64,000 bases of DNA from the IMG/VR virus record IMGVR_UViG_3300032136_000003; one strand, given 5' to 3'. Each line of letters opens with the position of its first letter. Positions within the stretch are counted from its first letter, which is position 1. The translations under genes were made by a program, and so were the position numbers. The notes under the pieces were generated by a model. The model was not told the DNA's origin. It searched no databases and was given only the letters and a program-made list of their open reading frames with translations. Origin of the DNA: an uncultured virus (IMG/VR IMGVR_UViG_3300032136_000003) (taxonomy: Duplodnaviria; Heunggongvirae; Uroviricota; Caudoviricetes). This document shows positions 14,889 through 25,049 of this stretch, piece after piece.

Positions 14889-16199
14889 ATGGATAAAATT
14901 GTACCTTTTGACTGGCAACAACAAAAGATTGATCTTGTTGCTGAAATTTTTAAATCAAGTTCCGTAGCGTTCGATATGTCGGACACGGGAACTGGTAAGA
15001 CGGTTACGGCTCTTGGGATACTCAAGGCTTTGAACAAACCCGCCGTAGTTGTTGCGCCTAAAAAAGTTCACACCAGTTGGAAGCGTACGGCCGAGGCTAT
15101 GGGGGTATCACACCTTTTAATCGATGTGGTTAACGCAGAGAGACTGCAGTACAAAAACAACTGGTTTAAAATGGAGGGTAAGTGGCGTAAAGAACGGGGC
15201 GAGTGGGTTGGTAAAGGCATGTGGCTCGTACCAGCGGATGCTATGCTCATAATCGACGAAGTTCATCGGGGATGTAGTGGACCGAAGACAAAGACAACGA
15301 GAATCATGTCTTGTTCCAAGGCTCAAAAGATCCCCGTACTTGCGATGTCGGCTACGATGGCGGACAACCCTTTAAAAATGCGATTCATCGGATACTTAGC
15401 GGGACTGCATATGTACAACCAAGCCTCCTTTTACGGGTGGTGCAGGAAGAACGGATGCTTTGAAATGCCTGGAATCCGGGGCCTCCACTTCTCTAAAGGA
15501 CAGCGGGGCTCTGATCATATGGCCGCTATCCACAAGGAGATCAGCGACATATCTGTACGTACGAGGGCGGAGGATGTCCCAGGATTCCCCGAGTCGATAG
15601 TCCAGCCTAAGCTATACGACTTGGACGGAAAGTCGCTAGGGATGATGGTCTCGGCTTACGCAGAGCTCGCTAAACTATTAGAAGCTCACACGCCATTGAC
15701 GGAAATGCTTAGGGCTCGCCAAAAGGTAGAGCTTATTAAGGTACCGCTTCTGGCTGAGTTAGCCATAGAATCTATGGACGAGGGCAGGGCTCCTGTAATT
15801 TTTGTTAACTTTAGAGACACTCTTTTCAAATTGAAATCTGTTCTAGAGGGGATGAACTACGGCGTGGGCAAAGTTATTGGTGGTGAGAGCGCGGATGATG
15901 ACATCGACGCATTCAGTGCAGACAAACTGGACGCTATGATATGTATGACTTCTGGCGGATTCGGCATCAGCTTACACGCGACAGAGGGCATGAGACCTCG
16001 GGAGAGTTTCATCAGTCCATCGTACAACGCGGTTGACATGAAGCAGAACCTGGGTAGAATACGTAGGATTAATGGTAGTAAAGTGGTGCAGACGTTTGTC
16101 TTAATCGCTAACACTATTGAAGAGAAAATACACGACGCAATTATGCGGAAGGCACGAAACATTGCATCACTTAACGGTGATGACTTATTAGGATTATAA
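14889..16199 (+). CDS. superfamily 2 (DExH/SNF2-like) helicase
   Basis: GTGKT, IIDEVH, SAT and QNLGRIRR motifs. Confidence 0.85.
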   Translation: MDKIVPFDWQQQKIDLVAEIFKSSSVAFDMSDTGTGKTVTALGILKALNKPAVVVAPKKVHTSWKRTAEAMGVSHLLIDVVNAERLQYKNNWFKMEGKWRKERGEWVGKGMWLVPADAMLIIDEVHRGCSGPKTKTTRIMSCSKAQKIPVLAMSATMADNPLKMRFIGYLAGLHMYNQASFYGWCRKNGCFEMPGIRGLHFSKGQRGSDHMAAIHKEISDISVRTRAEDVPGFPESIVQPKLYDLDGKSLGMMVSAYAELAKLLEAHTPLTEMLRARQKVELIKVPLLAELAIESMDEGRAPVIFVNFRDTLFKLKSVLEGMNYGVGKVIGGESADDDIDAFSADKLDAMICMTSGGFGISLHATEGMRPRESFISPSYNAVDMKQNLGRIRRINGSKVVQTFVLIANTIEEKIHDAIMRKARNIASLNGDDLLGL

Positions 16200-16214
16200 A
16201 GGAGACACAGTATT

Positions 16215-17258
16215 ATGACATCAGTACTCGTACCAGAATTGGTAAAAGAAACAGAGGGCCTGGAGGAATCTAAGGCGTTGACACTTCGAGGAGAGTTCAC
16301 AGATATGTTTACTCAGGCGCAGGATTGGGCCGAGAAAGCAAGCAAGATACAGGTCACCAGCGTGACACAGGTAGCGGAAATGAAGCAAGCCAAAGAGGCT
16401 CGCCTCGCTCTAAAGAATCTTCGTTGCGAAACGGAGAAGACTCGTAAGCGTTTAAAAGAGAATTGCTTGAGAGAAGGTAAAGCGATAGACGGGATGGCTA
16501 ACCTCGTAAAGTATCTTGTTGTTCCTATAGAGGAGCACCTCAAGGAACAAGAGGACTTCATTCTGCGTAAGTTAGCAGAAGAAGCAGCTCTCAAATTAGA
16601 GGCTCGTCAGGATAAAATACGGAACGCAGATCCTTCGATCGACGTTTCTATTCTTAACCTCGGTGGCATGGAGGACGAACAGTTCGAAACGTACTTGGCT
16701 CAAGTTATTGAAACCAAGGCACTTAGGGAGAAAGAAGCTGCGAGATTGGATCTTGAAAAGAAAGCTGCTGAAGAAGCTGCTGCAAAGAAGCGTGAAGAAG
16801 ATCGGATAGAGCGGGAGCGTCTTGAGAAAGAGAACGCTAAGCTCGAAGCTGAAAAGAAAGCACGCGAAGCAGAAGCTGAGAAGGCTCGCATTGCCGCAGA
16901 GAATAAGTTAGCCGCCGAACGCAAGGCTCAGGAAGAAAAACTTCGAATCGAACGCGAAGCAAAGGAAGCTCTTGAAGCTAAACTTCGCAAAGCTGAAGAG
17001 GAGAAAGCCGAAGCAATTCGCAAAGCTAAAGAAAAAGAGCTGCGTGATTTGAGGCGTAAGGAACGTGAAGCTAAGAAAGCTGCTGCGGCTCCGGAACTGG
17101 TCAAGTTGGAAGCATTTCGAGCGGCAATCGATAGTATCGAGCCTCCTCATCTGTCAGATCCAGACCTCGTAATCATCGTGACCCAAGCAATAGCTATGCT
17201 GGAGTCTATTAACGTTGATATTAAGAACGCAGTAAAGGCGTACAAAGAGAGGACATAA
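16215..17258 (+). CDS. long coiled-coil protein (possibly DUF1351-like)
   Basis: Charged E/K/A/R helical body; sits next to exonuclease. Confidence 0.5.
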   Translation: MTSVLVPELVKETEGLEESKALTLRGEFTDMFTQAQDWAEKASKIQVTSVTQVAEMKQAKEARLALKNLRCETEKTRKRLKENCLREGKAIDGMANLVKYLVVPIEEHLKEQEDFILRKLAEEAALKLEARQDKIRNADPSIDVSILNLGGMEDEQFETYLAQVIETKALREKEAARLDLEKKAAEEAAAKKREEDRIERERLEKENAKLEAEKKAREAEAEKARIAAENKLAAERKAQEEKLRIEREAKEALEAKLRKAEEEKAEAIRKAKEKELRDLRRKEREAKKAAAAPELVKLEAFRAAIDSIEPPHLSDPDLVIIVTQAIAMLESINVDIKNAVKAYKERT

Positions 17259-17260
17259 TT

Positions 17261-18403
17261 ATGGGAAAGCACAAACACGCAAGGTTCAGTCCGTCGAGTC
17301 ACGATTCACTGGAACAGTGTATCAGGTTTGAATACCTACAGCAGGACGACGGAGACGAGAACGCCGCAGCATCTGAGGGTCAGATGTTGCATGATGCTTA
17401 CGAGAGAGAGTGTCTAGCCGGTCTTGACGACGAGCAGAAAAACTGTGTTCAAGGTCTCATCGACTATAGAAACAGTTTACTCGCCACAGAAGGCGGGCCC
17501 GACTGTTGGGAACTGATCAAGGAAGGTAAGTGGACTCTTGAGGATAGAACTTATGGCAGAGCAGATGATGTTCTGATCCACAAGACTAAACCAATTGTAC
17601 ACGTTAATGATGCTAAGTTCACACGTCGAGACGATGATCATTCACACCAGGTTGAGACATATGGGGCGGCTGTCTTTGAAGAGAGGTTCTTAGGAACGAA
17701 GTTCGAAGACGAAGTTATCATTCACACTCACGTTGCTATGCCACGCGTAAAGACTATACATTCAGAAACTTACAAAGGTACTGAGTTGTATAAGAAAACA
17801 TGTGACCGCATAGACGCTTTGTATGAACGGATAGAAGACCCATTCAACCCACCAACACCGCACGAAGATTTGTGTGAGCGTTGCAACCGTGCTGGCAAGT
17901 GCCCCGCTTTGGGCAAGGCCGTAGTACAGGTTGCTCAGGGTATTGGATTGCCTCTGCCTGAAGTGTTCGCCCCTAATGCTATTGTTAGCCTTAGAGACAG
18001 AGCTCTTGCGCAAGTGTTGGCCGGTGCTCTTAAGACGTGGGCTGAAAAGGTGAAGAAAGCGAACAACGAGTTCGCTAAAGAGGGGAATGATATCCCCGGC
18101 TTTACTCTTCGTTCCCGTTCCAACGGTTATCGCGCTGGTAATGACGTCACTAATGACATCTTCGCAACACTCAAAGACAGTGGTGTTGATGAAGCTGAGA
18201 TATTAAACGCGTGTACGTTTAGTCTATCAAAGTTTGCGAAGAACAGGTCTGCTATAAGCATGTCCTCGGAGGCTGAGATAAAAGAGGAAGTGCAAGCACA
18301 AATCGGTGAGTATCTCACAGAGAGTTCTTCTCAGTTTCTCGTCAAAGCTAAACGCATAGATGACGTAACTGCTCTCAAGGCAGCCGCGCAGATTGGAGGA
18401 TAA
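17261..18403 (+). CDS. PD-(D/E)XK exonuclease (Cas4-like / DUF2800-like)
   Basis: FSPSS..C, EG..LH, GRADD, DAK, Q..Y, CERC.....CP. Confidence 0.75.
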   Translation: MGKHKHARFSPSSHDSLEQCIRFEYLQQDDGDENAAASEGQMLHDAYERECLAGLDDEQKNCVQGLIDYRNSLLATEGGPDCWELIKEGKWTLEDRTYGRADDVLIHKTKPIVHVNDAKFTRRDDDHSHQVETYGAAVFEERFLGTKFEDEVIIHTHVAMPRVKTIHSETYKGTELYKKTCDRIDALYERIEDPFNPPTPHEDLCERCNRAGKCPALGKAVVQVAQGIGLPLPEVFAPNAIVSLRDRALAQVLAGALKTWAEKVKKANNEFAKEGNDIPGFTLRSRSNGYRAGNDVTNDIFATLKDSGVDEAEILNACTFSLSKFAKNRSAISMSSEAEIKEEVQAQIGEYLTESSSQFLVKAKRIDDVTALKAAAQIGG

Positions 18404-18481
18404 TGTTTGAAAAATTCAGTGGTGTGTGGTCGTTGGGCTCTTAGGAAATCATAATAAGGAAATCAAAGAGAAGGAAATAGA

Positions 18482-21232
18482 ATGATAACAGATCAAAAGA
18501 CTAATAAAGTAACATCTGGTGGGCGAGTATTGGACGGCGCTGCTTATCACATCAACCCAGAAAACGTCGTCCACATAACGCAGATACTACGAAACTTCTA
18601 TGGTGATCCGCTGAAGGCTGTGATCAGGGAGTACGTATGTAACGCCATAGATGCGCATCAACAAGATGGTATCGAAAGGCCTATAGAACTACACGTTCCC
18701 AGTACCCACGAGCCTTACTTGTCAGTAAGGGATTTTGGAACTGGTCTGAATGTTGCGGACACTAAACAACTTCTTTATGGGTATGGAAGTTCGGGAGATC
18801 ATAAACGAGTTAGCAATAACCAGATAGGGGGATTCGGACTCGGTTGTAAGTCAGCCTTCTCTATAAGCACAGCGTTCACATATACTATATGGCACGAGGG
18901 CATGCGTAGAACCTGGTCTTGCTATCTGGATGAGTATGATGCCGGTCAAGCTAACATGCTTGAGGAAGTATCTGACACGGATTCCCCCTCTGGTATCTTG
19001 GTACAGATTCCAGTATCCGGTGACATGGCTTCGCAACCCGATAAATGTTACCATAAGATAAGTTCTCTGTTCGGATTCATGCAGCCAAATGTGGAACTGA
19101 CTAACTATCCGGAAACCGACATAACAGCTTGGGAAGAGCCAACGGCTTCCGTCCCTATGAAGCTGTCTGTCAACGATCAGGAAGTTACGCTAGTGGTCAA
19201 CGCGTTCATGGAACGCGGGTTCGAAGACGACGTAATTAATCCTATAGTTACTGTTGGTGGTATACCATATTCAGTCAACACAAAAGAACTAAACTTGGAT
19301 AATCGGACCTGTGAATTCTTTACCGTCGATCGTTGGTCTAACCACGGTAGCGCGAGCTCTCATATACAGATTACACTTCCCATAGGACTGGTACAGCCAG
19401 CACCTAACCGGGAGAGTCTTCAGTATAGTGGTTCTGCTAAGAAGATACTGCAACATATATTCACGCAAATCGCTTCTACTTCCTTTAGGGAGAAGATGAC
19501 GGCCCGAGCTAAAGATAAGTTCAAGTGTGATAACATAAGAGATCGGGTGCGAAGAACGTACAAGCTCCCGTGGTTATTCCCACCGGAAAAGAATACTCCT
19601 TATGTTAGAAACGACAGCTTAGCTGCATATATCAAAGATTCATTCGGGGGGTTGATTAGTAAAGTATCGGTAGATACTATTCCTCAAGACGGAGTGCTGA
19701 AGTTCCACAAGGGATACGTGCATCACTATCTCAATTTGGATTATCCAGCGAAGCAAGTTGAATCGTTGTTCCCCACTTCCAAGAGCCGATTGTGCGTGCT
19801 GGTTTCTGGCGTCTCGTATGATAAAGACCCGTGTAAATCGAAAGTTTATATGGACAGGGTCTATACATACTTGAGCCAAACACCTGAGTACAAAGCGGCG
19901 GTAAAGGACTTGGCCACAAATCGCCTGTCAAAACTGCTGGTATCGTTGGCGTTCGTTAGGAAAGCAGACGACAAAGTTCCTTGGTCTACCGATGGAAGCG
20001 TAGTTGTGGTAGAAGAGAAAGATCTTCCAGATGAAAGCGCTATCAATAAGTCTTTGACGTATCGTCGCGATCGACGTCAAAGCAGCTATAGTCGGGGATC
20101 TTCTCCGGGAGTGGCCGCGGCTAGCTCTCACAAACTTCACATCATGGAAGGCAAGACTAGTTCATACGGAACGAATAGTGACAGCTGGTGCCCCTGCAAA
20201 GTAGCAGATAACGTGTGCAACACGTATGTTGTTATGGACAGGTTCGTAGTAGTTCCCGCAGGACACGGGGGACTGCAGTCAGCGACTGGGGATTATTTAT
20301 TCCAGTTGTTTGCGACACGCAATTCGGACGCTGTCAAGGCAACTATACACAACATCCTTCCCGACGTAGCGCCGGGATTACTCGGGGTGCGTGTGAGTGG
20401 GGCCGAGTCGCTAGAGAAGTCACCTAAATTCCAATATCTATGGGACTATGTATATAAGAGATTCTCAGAAGATGTGGCATCTGGTAAATTGGATACTGAA
20501 GTATTGGCTCAAGGCTTGTATTTCTTCGCACTTCGCGAACACTCGTACATGGGAGACCTGGACCTCGGGACCGTTTATCAAGGCACCACTGCTGATTACG
20601 ATCGTTTCGGTTCGAGGTGGTTGAGCTTCGCGCGAAGTATCGCTGATACTAGTGGCCTAAAAGGGACTGAACTGCACAGACGTATGAAATGGTGGTCAGA
20701 CCGGAACGCCGAGGTGCTTGAAACTAATGCTTGCACCAATAGTTGGATATACTTCCTCTCATCGTTAATGAGCCGCACAGACAATAGATCCCTGTATGGG
20801 GAGCTTGCTGAGCTGCGTTGCTTGTTACGGGCGAGGCACGCAAAGACCGATAGACACGTAGTCGATTGGGACTTGCTAAAGGGTGGTGAACTGGGCGACC
20901 TGTTCATCAGAATAAAGGAGTCGTTAGGAGATTCATTATATGACGATACTATTATGACAACCTACGACACCGCATCAACAATTCGTTTGAACAGGGATAT
21001 GTCATTCTTGTTCGACAATCACCCACAGTTGTTCAAGGAGGCTCAACTGTTCCAGGATTCCGACTATGAAAGAGGAAATAGATACAAAAAATCCTCGACA
21101 AAGTCCAAAAATCCTTGGTATAATATGGGCTTGTATTCAGTGAAGGTTCTGAGTACGCTTGATGATAAGAGCTATTTGGACTTTCTAAAAGCTCAAGATA
21201 AACTAATAAAGAAGGAGACAAGGAAATGTTAG
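18482..21232 (+). CDS. rIIA: rIIA-like protein
   Basis: GHKL ATPase N-terminus: AVIREYVCNAIDAH, VRDFGTG, IGGFGLGCKS; followed by rIIB. Confidence 0.85.
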   Translation: MITDQKTNKVTSGGRVLDGAAYHINPENVVHITQILRNFYGDPLKAVIREYVCNAIDAHQQDGIERPIELHVPSTHEPYLSVRDFGTGLNVADTKQLLYGYGSSGDHKRVSNNQIGGFGLGCKSAFSISTAFTYTIWHEGMRRTWSCYLDEYDAGQANMLEEVSDTDSPSGILVQIPVSGDMASQPDKCYHKISSLFGFMQPNVELTNYPETDITAWEEPTASVPMKLSVNDQEVTLVVNAFMERGFEDDVINPIVTVGGIPYSVNTKELNLDNRTCEFFTVDRWSNHGSASSHIQITLPIGLVQPAPNRESLQYSGSAKKILQHIFTQIASTSFREKMTARAKDKFKCDNIRDRVRRTYKLPWLFPPEKNTPYVRNDSLAAYIKDSFGGLISKVSVDTIPQDGVLKFHKGYVHHYLNLDYPAKQVESLFPTSKSRLCVLVSGVSYDKDPCKSKVYMDRVYTYLSQTPEYKAAVKDLATNRLSKLLVSLAFVRKADDKVPWSTDGSVVVVEEKDLPDESAINKSLTYRRDRRQSSYSRGSSPGVAAASSHKLHIMEGKTSSYGTNSDSWCPCKVADNVCNTYVVMDRFVVVPAGHGGLQSATGDYLFQLFATRNSDAVKATIHNILPDVAPGLLGVRVSGAESLEKSPKFQYLWDYVYKRFSEDVASGKLDTEVLAQGLYFFALREHSYMGDLDLGTVYQGTTADYDRFGSRWLSFARSIADTSGLKGTELHRRMKWWSDRNAEVLETNACTNSWIYFLSSLMSRTDNRSLYGELAELRCLLRARHAKTDRHVVDWDLLKGGELGDLFIRIKESLGDSLYDDTIMTTYDTASTIRLNRDMSFLFDNHPQLFKEAQLFQDSDYERGNRYKKSSTKSKNPWYNMGLYSVKVLSTLDDKSYLDFLKAQDKLIKKETRKC

Positions 21233-22092
21233 CGTTCACAGTAACAAAAGACACCATCAACGTAGTCGTTGGTGGTATAACCAAGAGCGTCCCACGGGAT
21301 TCCATGCAGGCACCTCAACTCATGGCCGAACTTCACAAGGGTGAAGAGGCTTCTGATGAAGAGGTACTGCGGCTATTATCCCCAGCGGCTTCTCTTGTAA
21401 TGTATTCGAAGGGCGATGCAAACTTCATGGCCGACGGATCAATCCAGTACAAAGGCGAAACACTGCCCAGAGTATTGGCGGACAGGATTGTTTCCTGTAT
21501 GCATGACGATGTTCCTTATGAGAACTTGCTTAAGTTCTTTGAGAGACTCGCCGCCAACCCATCCCAGCGTGCTATTAAAGAACTGTATTCGTTCTTAGAG
21601 CACAAGAAGATGCCAATCACACCAGAGGGTCACTTCATAGCCTACAAAGGGCTGGATGAAAAGTACTGGTCAATAACCGGTAACGAACGGACCGAGGTTA
21701 TCGATGGTAAGACCTGCAAGGACGGTCGCATCTACAACGGGGTGGGCGAGACCATCAGAGTTCAACGCAACCACGTTGATGATGATGCCCGCGTAGGTTG
21801 TGCATCGGGTTTGCATGCAGGCAGTTTGGAATATGCGAAGGGCTTCGCGCGAGGAAAGGTAGTACTTGTTGCTATCGATCCAGCGGATGTCGTCAGCGTT
21901 CCTTACGACTGCTCTTGCCAGAAGCTAAGAACCTGTGCCTACAAAGTTATCGGTGACTTCGTTAAGGAGTTATCTGATGGCGGCGTCGACAAGAACTACG
22001 CTGAGTTCGGCGGTAAAGCTGTGTACCATTTCGATTCAGATCCTGATCTGGAAGTACGCACGCTTGAAGACGAACTGGACGAATTGTCGTAA
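21226..22092 (+). CDS. rIIB: rIIB-like protein
   Basis: NPSQRAIKELYSFL...ITPEGHFIAYK, CASGLH, PADVVSVPYD, KLRTCAY. Confidence 0.9.
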   Translation: MLAFTVTKDTINVVVGGITKSVPRDSMQAPQLMAELHKGEEASDEEVLRLLSPAASLVMYSKGDANFMADGSIQYKGETLPRVLADRIVSCMHDDVPYENLLKFFERLAANPSQRAIKELYSFLEHKKMPITPEGHFIAYKGLDEKYWSITGNERTEVIDGKTCKDGRIYNGVGETIRVQRNHVDDDARVGCASGLHAGSLEYAKGFARGKVVLVAIDPADVVSVPYDCSCQKLRTCAYKVIGDFVKELSDGGVDKNYAEFGGKAVYHFDSDPDLEVRTLEDELDELS

Positions 22093-22259
22093 TGGCAAGC
22101 GGAGGAAGCGCATTCTCCACATGGAGAGTGCGCTGTAAGTGTGGCCACGAGTTCAATACCAAAGTAGGTACTCCTACATGCAGTCGCTGTTATGCAGAGT
22201 CTGGAATGGAGTACCTATATCAGGTGAGGGATAAGAAAACTCGTAAGCCTCGCTACTGA
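22092..22259 (+). CDS. small zinc-ribbon protein (55 aa, not in ORF track)
   Basis: TAATG overlap; CKCGHEF...CSRC. Confidence 0.55.
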   Translation: MASGGSAFSTWRVRCKCGHEFNTKVGTPTCSRCYAESGMEYLYQVRDKKTRKPRY

Positions 22260-22260
22260 A

Positions 22261-22332
22261 TGATAAATAGGATGATAACTAGAGTGATAACTAGAGTGAT
22301 AACTAGAGTGATAACTAGGATGATAAATAAGG
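22261..22332. repeat. intergenic 12-bp tandem repeat x6 (iteron-like)
   Basis: TGATAAATAGGA, TGATAACTAGAG x3, TGATAACTAGGA, TGATAAATAAGG. Confidence 0.85.
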
Positions 22333-22398
22333 AGATTGGGCGGGGCCGCGGTGGTCTCGCATATAAGATTATGATATGATATAAATAAGGAAATAGAC

Positions 22399-23160
22399 AT
22401 GGCACGCAAGGAAACAAGTACACCCACAGACGTAGACCCAGAAGTAGAGAACGAGATGAACGCTGGAGCATCTGAAGACGGAAGCAATCTTCCAGCGGTT
22501 CAAGGCTCCATGGAGCTAGGTGCTGTTCAGGGTGAAATGGGTCCGGATGATATCATCTTGCCAAGACTTAAGATCACATACGGAGTAGGAGCTCTAGCAG
22601 AGAACTTCACCCCAGGTGATATAGTCTTAGCTGATGACAACTGTCTGGCTCATAAGGAAGAGGACATTGATGTTATCTTCTTGAACGTAACTCAATACTG
22701 GAAAGAGTATCTCTCTAACGATGACTTTAAAGCTGGTATTCGTCCACGGACGTTTATGTCAGCGGCTGAAGTACACAATGCGGGAGGCTCAACTAAGTGG
22801 ATCAACGGCGTAGGCCCGTCCTTTATGAGGGCAATGTGCCTCAAGATGTTGATCAAGAAGCCTGATGATCTTGTATGTGGCTTGTTCGGAATTCCAATAG
22901 ACGGGGCAGAGTATGCCGTGGCTGTCTGGGATATTGACAAGTCTGCTTATAAGAGTGCAGGCCCAGTAATACTGAGCGCGTCTCAATTCAGTCTGCGCGA
23001 ACGTGGACTGCTCGCTGGTAAGTTTACCATGCACACTCACATGGACAAGAAAAAGACTGGGAACATAGTTCCTATTCCAATGATTAAACTGGCTGGGTAT
23101 AACAGTGATGAAGTTATCGCTGAGATCAAAGCCGTTTTCAACGGAGCCCCTAGTGAGTAA
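22399..23160 (+). CDS. probable ssDNA-binding / replication protein
   Basis: DIILPRLKI...PG N-terminal motif seen in phage SSB-like proteins; own terminator; replication context. Confidence 0.5.
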   Translation: MARKETSTPTDVDPEVENEMNAGASEDGSNLPAVQGSMELGAVQGEMGPDDIILPRLKITYGVGALAENFTPGDIVLADDNCLAHKEEDIDVIFLNVTQYWKEYLSNDDFKAGIRPRTFMSAAEVHNAGGSTKWINGVGPSFMRAMCLKMLIKKPDDLVCGLFGIPIDGAEYAVAVWDIDKSAYKSAGPVILSASQFSLRERGLLAGKFTMHTHMDKKKTGNIVPIPMIKLAGYNSDEVIAEIKAVFNGAPSE

Positions 23161-23176
23161 CACATAAGTTAATATT

Positions 23177-23200
23177 GCCCCTCTTCGGAGGGGCTTTTTT
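23177..23200 (+). terminator. intrinsic terminator
   Basis: GCCCCTC-TTCG-GAGGGGC-TTTTTT. Confidence 0.9.
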
Positions 23201-23218
23201 ATTTTAGGAGCTAGTAAG

Positions 23219-23851
23219 ATGGAACTATCAATATCAACAGGGAACACAAAACTGGGAAAGATACACAACATCAGTCTTCCACCAGTGCAGGCATGCCCGA
23301 AGAGAGTACCTTGCGAGACCAAATGTTATGCTCGCAAGTCTTGGGTCATGTATAAAAATGTAAGAGATGCGTGGACCAAGAATTGGGACGCCTTCAAGAA
23401 AGACCCAAACGGCTATTTCGAAACAATAGCGAACCACTGCGCCACGAACCAAGTGACACGGTTCAGGTGGCACGTTGCAGGTGATATACCGAACCTCAAA
23501 TATTTGGCGGGGATGAATGACGTAGCGTCAGCTAATCCTGAAACACAATTCTTAGCATTCACCAAAAACAAAGATACACTACCTGTATCAGAGTCTCTTG
23601 AGGACAACCTAAGAATAACGTTTAGTATGTGGCCGGGATGGCTTAGCGACAAGCAGACATTAGCTTTCGCTGACGGGATGGCGCCGTATCCACTCGCTTG
23701 GTACGGACCAAAAGAGTGTGACAACAAAGTCTACAACACTGCCTTAGATATAGTGGGTGGACTCAACCAAGTATGCAATGGCGCGTGTGACGAGTGTTTC
23801 ATGTGCTGGTACTTTGAACCTGGAATGAGTGTATTATTGAAGGAGCATTAG
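23219..23851 (+). CDS. gp88-like Fe-S protein
   Basis: GNTKLG...SLP..ACP...C..KCYA, FRWHVAGD, CxxCxxC near C-terminus. Confidence 0.7.
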   Translation: MELSISTGNTKLGKIHNISLPPVQACPKRVPCETKCYARKSWVMYKNVRDAWTKNWDAFKKDPNGYFETIANHCATNQVTRFRWHVAGDIPNLKYLAGMNDVASANPETQFLAFTKNKDTLPVSESLEDNLRITFSMWPGWLSDKQTLAFADGMAPYPLAWYGPKECDNKVYNTALDIVGGLNQVCNGACDECFMCWYFEPGMSVLLKEH

Positions 23852-23852
23852 A

Positions 23853-24032
23853 ATGAGCAACAAAATAAGAGTGGATCTGGACGAAGCAGATGTCAAAGAA
23901 ATCGTGAACGGACTGGGGTGCTCAGACAGCGAGGGCCTAGCCATTGACTACGGGTGTAACAGTAGTCTCAGAAAAATGTTGGTCGCTAAGGCCGAACGAA
24001 AGTGGCCTGAATCCGACATAAAGAGTTATTAA
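23853..24032 (+). CDS. small hypothetical protein (59 aa, not in ORF track)
   Basis: AAGGAG SD; MSNKIRVDLDEADV... Confidence 0.55.
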   Translation: MSNKIRVDLDEADVKEIVNGLGCSDSEGLAIDYGCNSSLRKMLVAKAERKWPESDIKSY

Positions 24033-24044
24033 AGGAGCATCAGG

Positions 24045-24746
24045 ATGTATGACGATGTAAATAAATTATTAGGGACATTAGATAAGACAAAAGTACCGGC
24101 GTACGAAGGCTACTTCGATACGCTTAGACCTAAGAATGAAAGAGATAAATTCCGCAGGGGGTTGTTTGCGCTAGCATCAGTCCACACTACGTGGGCCTTG
24201 AACTGTGAACTGTACGCAGCCCTGTGGGATCTTAAGTGGCTCAAGGATCCAAAGTTACTGAGAGAACGCATCATCGAGTCGAGAGCTGGGTTAGTGAACA
24301 ACAGGGTAAAATCCATCACAGCTTACGCAGCGTTGTTCTGGCAGTTCCCAGGAATCTTTGACAGAGAATCCGGTGAGACGTGGTATCAGTACCGGGATCG
24401 TATTCAAGGGATGACACATGGTCTCGGCCCAGCGAAGTCAGCGTTCTTCATTGAACTCATGCACTTTCACGACAGTAGAATTCCTTGTATGGATACTCAT
24501 ATGTATCAAGCATACGGAATTCTTCCTAAGGACGTGGGCAAAGTAAAGGACGCTGACCGCGTACGAATGGAAACTCATTGGGATATGACTTGCGACAAGC
24601 GAGGCCTCAACCCAGTGACTGCTCGGTGGATTGTGTGGGATCAGAAACAAGGTAAGTCTGACTCAAGATATTGGGCTCAAGTATTGGAAGGGAAGCCGAA
24701 GCGCACTGAACGTATGGTTCAGGAGACTTTGGCTATCGCATCATGA
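24045..24746 (+). CDS. HhH DNA glycosylase/lyase-like protein
   Basis: GLGPAKSAF helix-hairpin-helix followed by PCMDTH. Confidence 0.65.
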   Translation: MYDDVNKLLGTLDKTKVPAYEGYFDTLRPKNERDKFRRGLFALASVHTTWALNCELYAALWDLKWLKDPKLLRERIIESRAGLVNNRVKSITAYAALFWQFPGIFDRESGETWYQYRDRIQGMTHGLGPAKSAFFIELMHFHDSRIPCMDTHMYQAYGILPKDVGKVKDADRVRMETHWDMTCDKRGLNPVTARWIVWDQKQGKSDSRYWAQVLEGKPKRTERMVQETLAIAS

Positions 24747-25048
24747 GAGCATATAAGTTATTAAGGGAAAGAAAGAACGGGACGATAGGCCCTCTGTTCA
24801 TCAACGCTCGCCAGGTCATAAAGATCGGCGAGTGGATGAAAGCGGAAGCACATAGAACCAAAGGGTTCGCCTTCCGTCCCGGTTGGCATGCGACCTCGAA
24901 ACCAGAAGCACCGCACCTAAGTATGGAGGGGCGGGCTTGGTACGAGGTTAGCATATTGAAATATAAAAAGCTGCAGCGACCTAAGGCTCAAGGTGGTCTT
25001 TGGTACTTGGCTGACAGAATGAAAGTGATTAGAAGATTGGAGGAGTAA
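24743..25048 (+). CDS. conserved phage hypothetical protein
   Basis: AYKL...LFI...FAFRPGWH. Confidence 0.6.
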   Translation: MRAYKLLRERKNGTIGPLFINARQVIKIGEWMKAEAHRTKGFAFRPGWHATSKPEAPHLSMEGRAWYEVSILKYKKLQRPKAQGGLWYLADRMKVIRRLEE

Positions 25049-25049
25049 C

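Noticed and set aside
22261..22332. CRISPR array
   Set aside because: 12-bp units are directly adjacent with no unique spacers; the Cas4-like gene is a common stand-alone phage exonuclease
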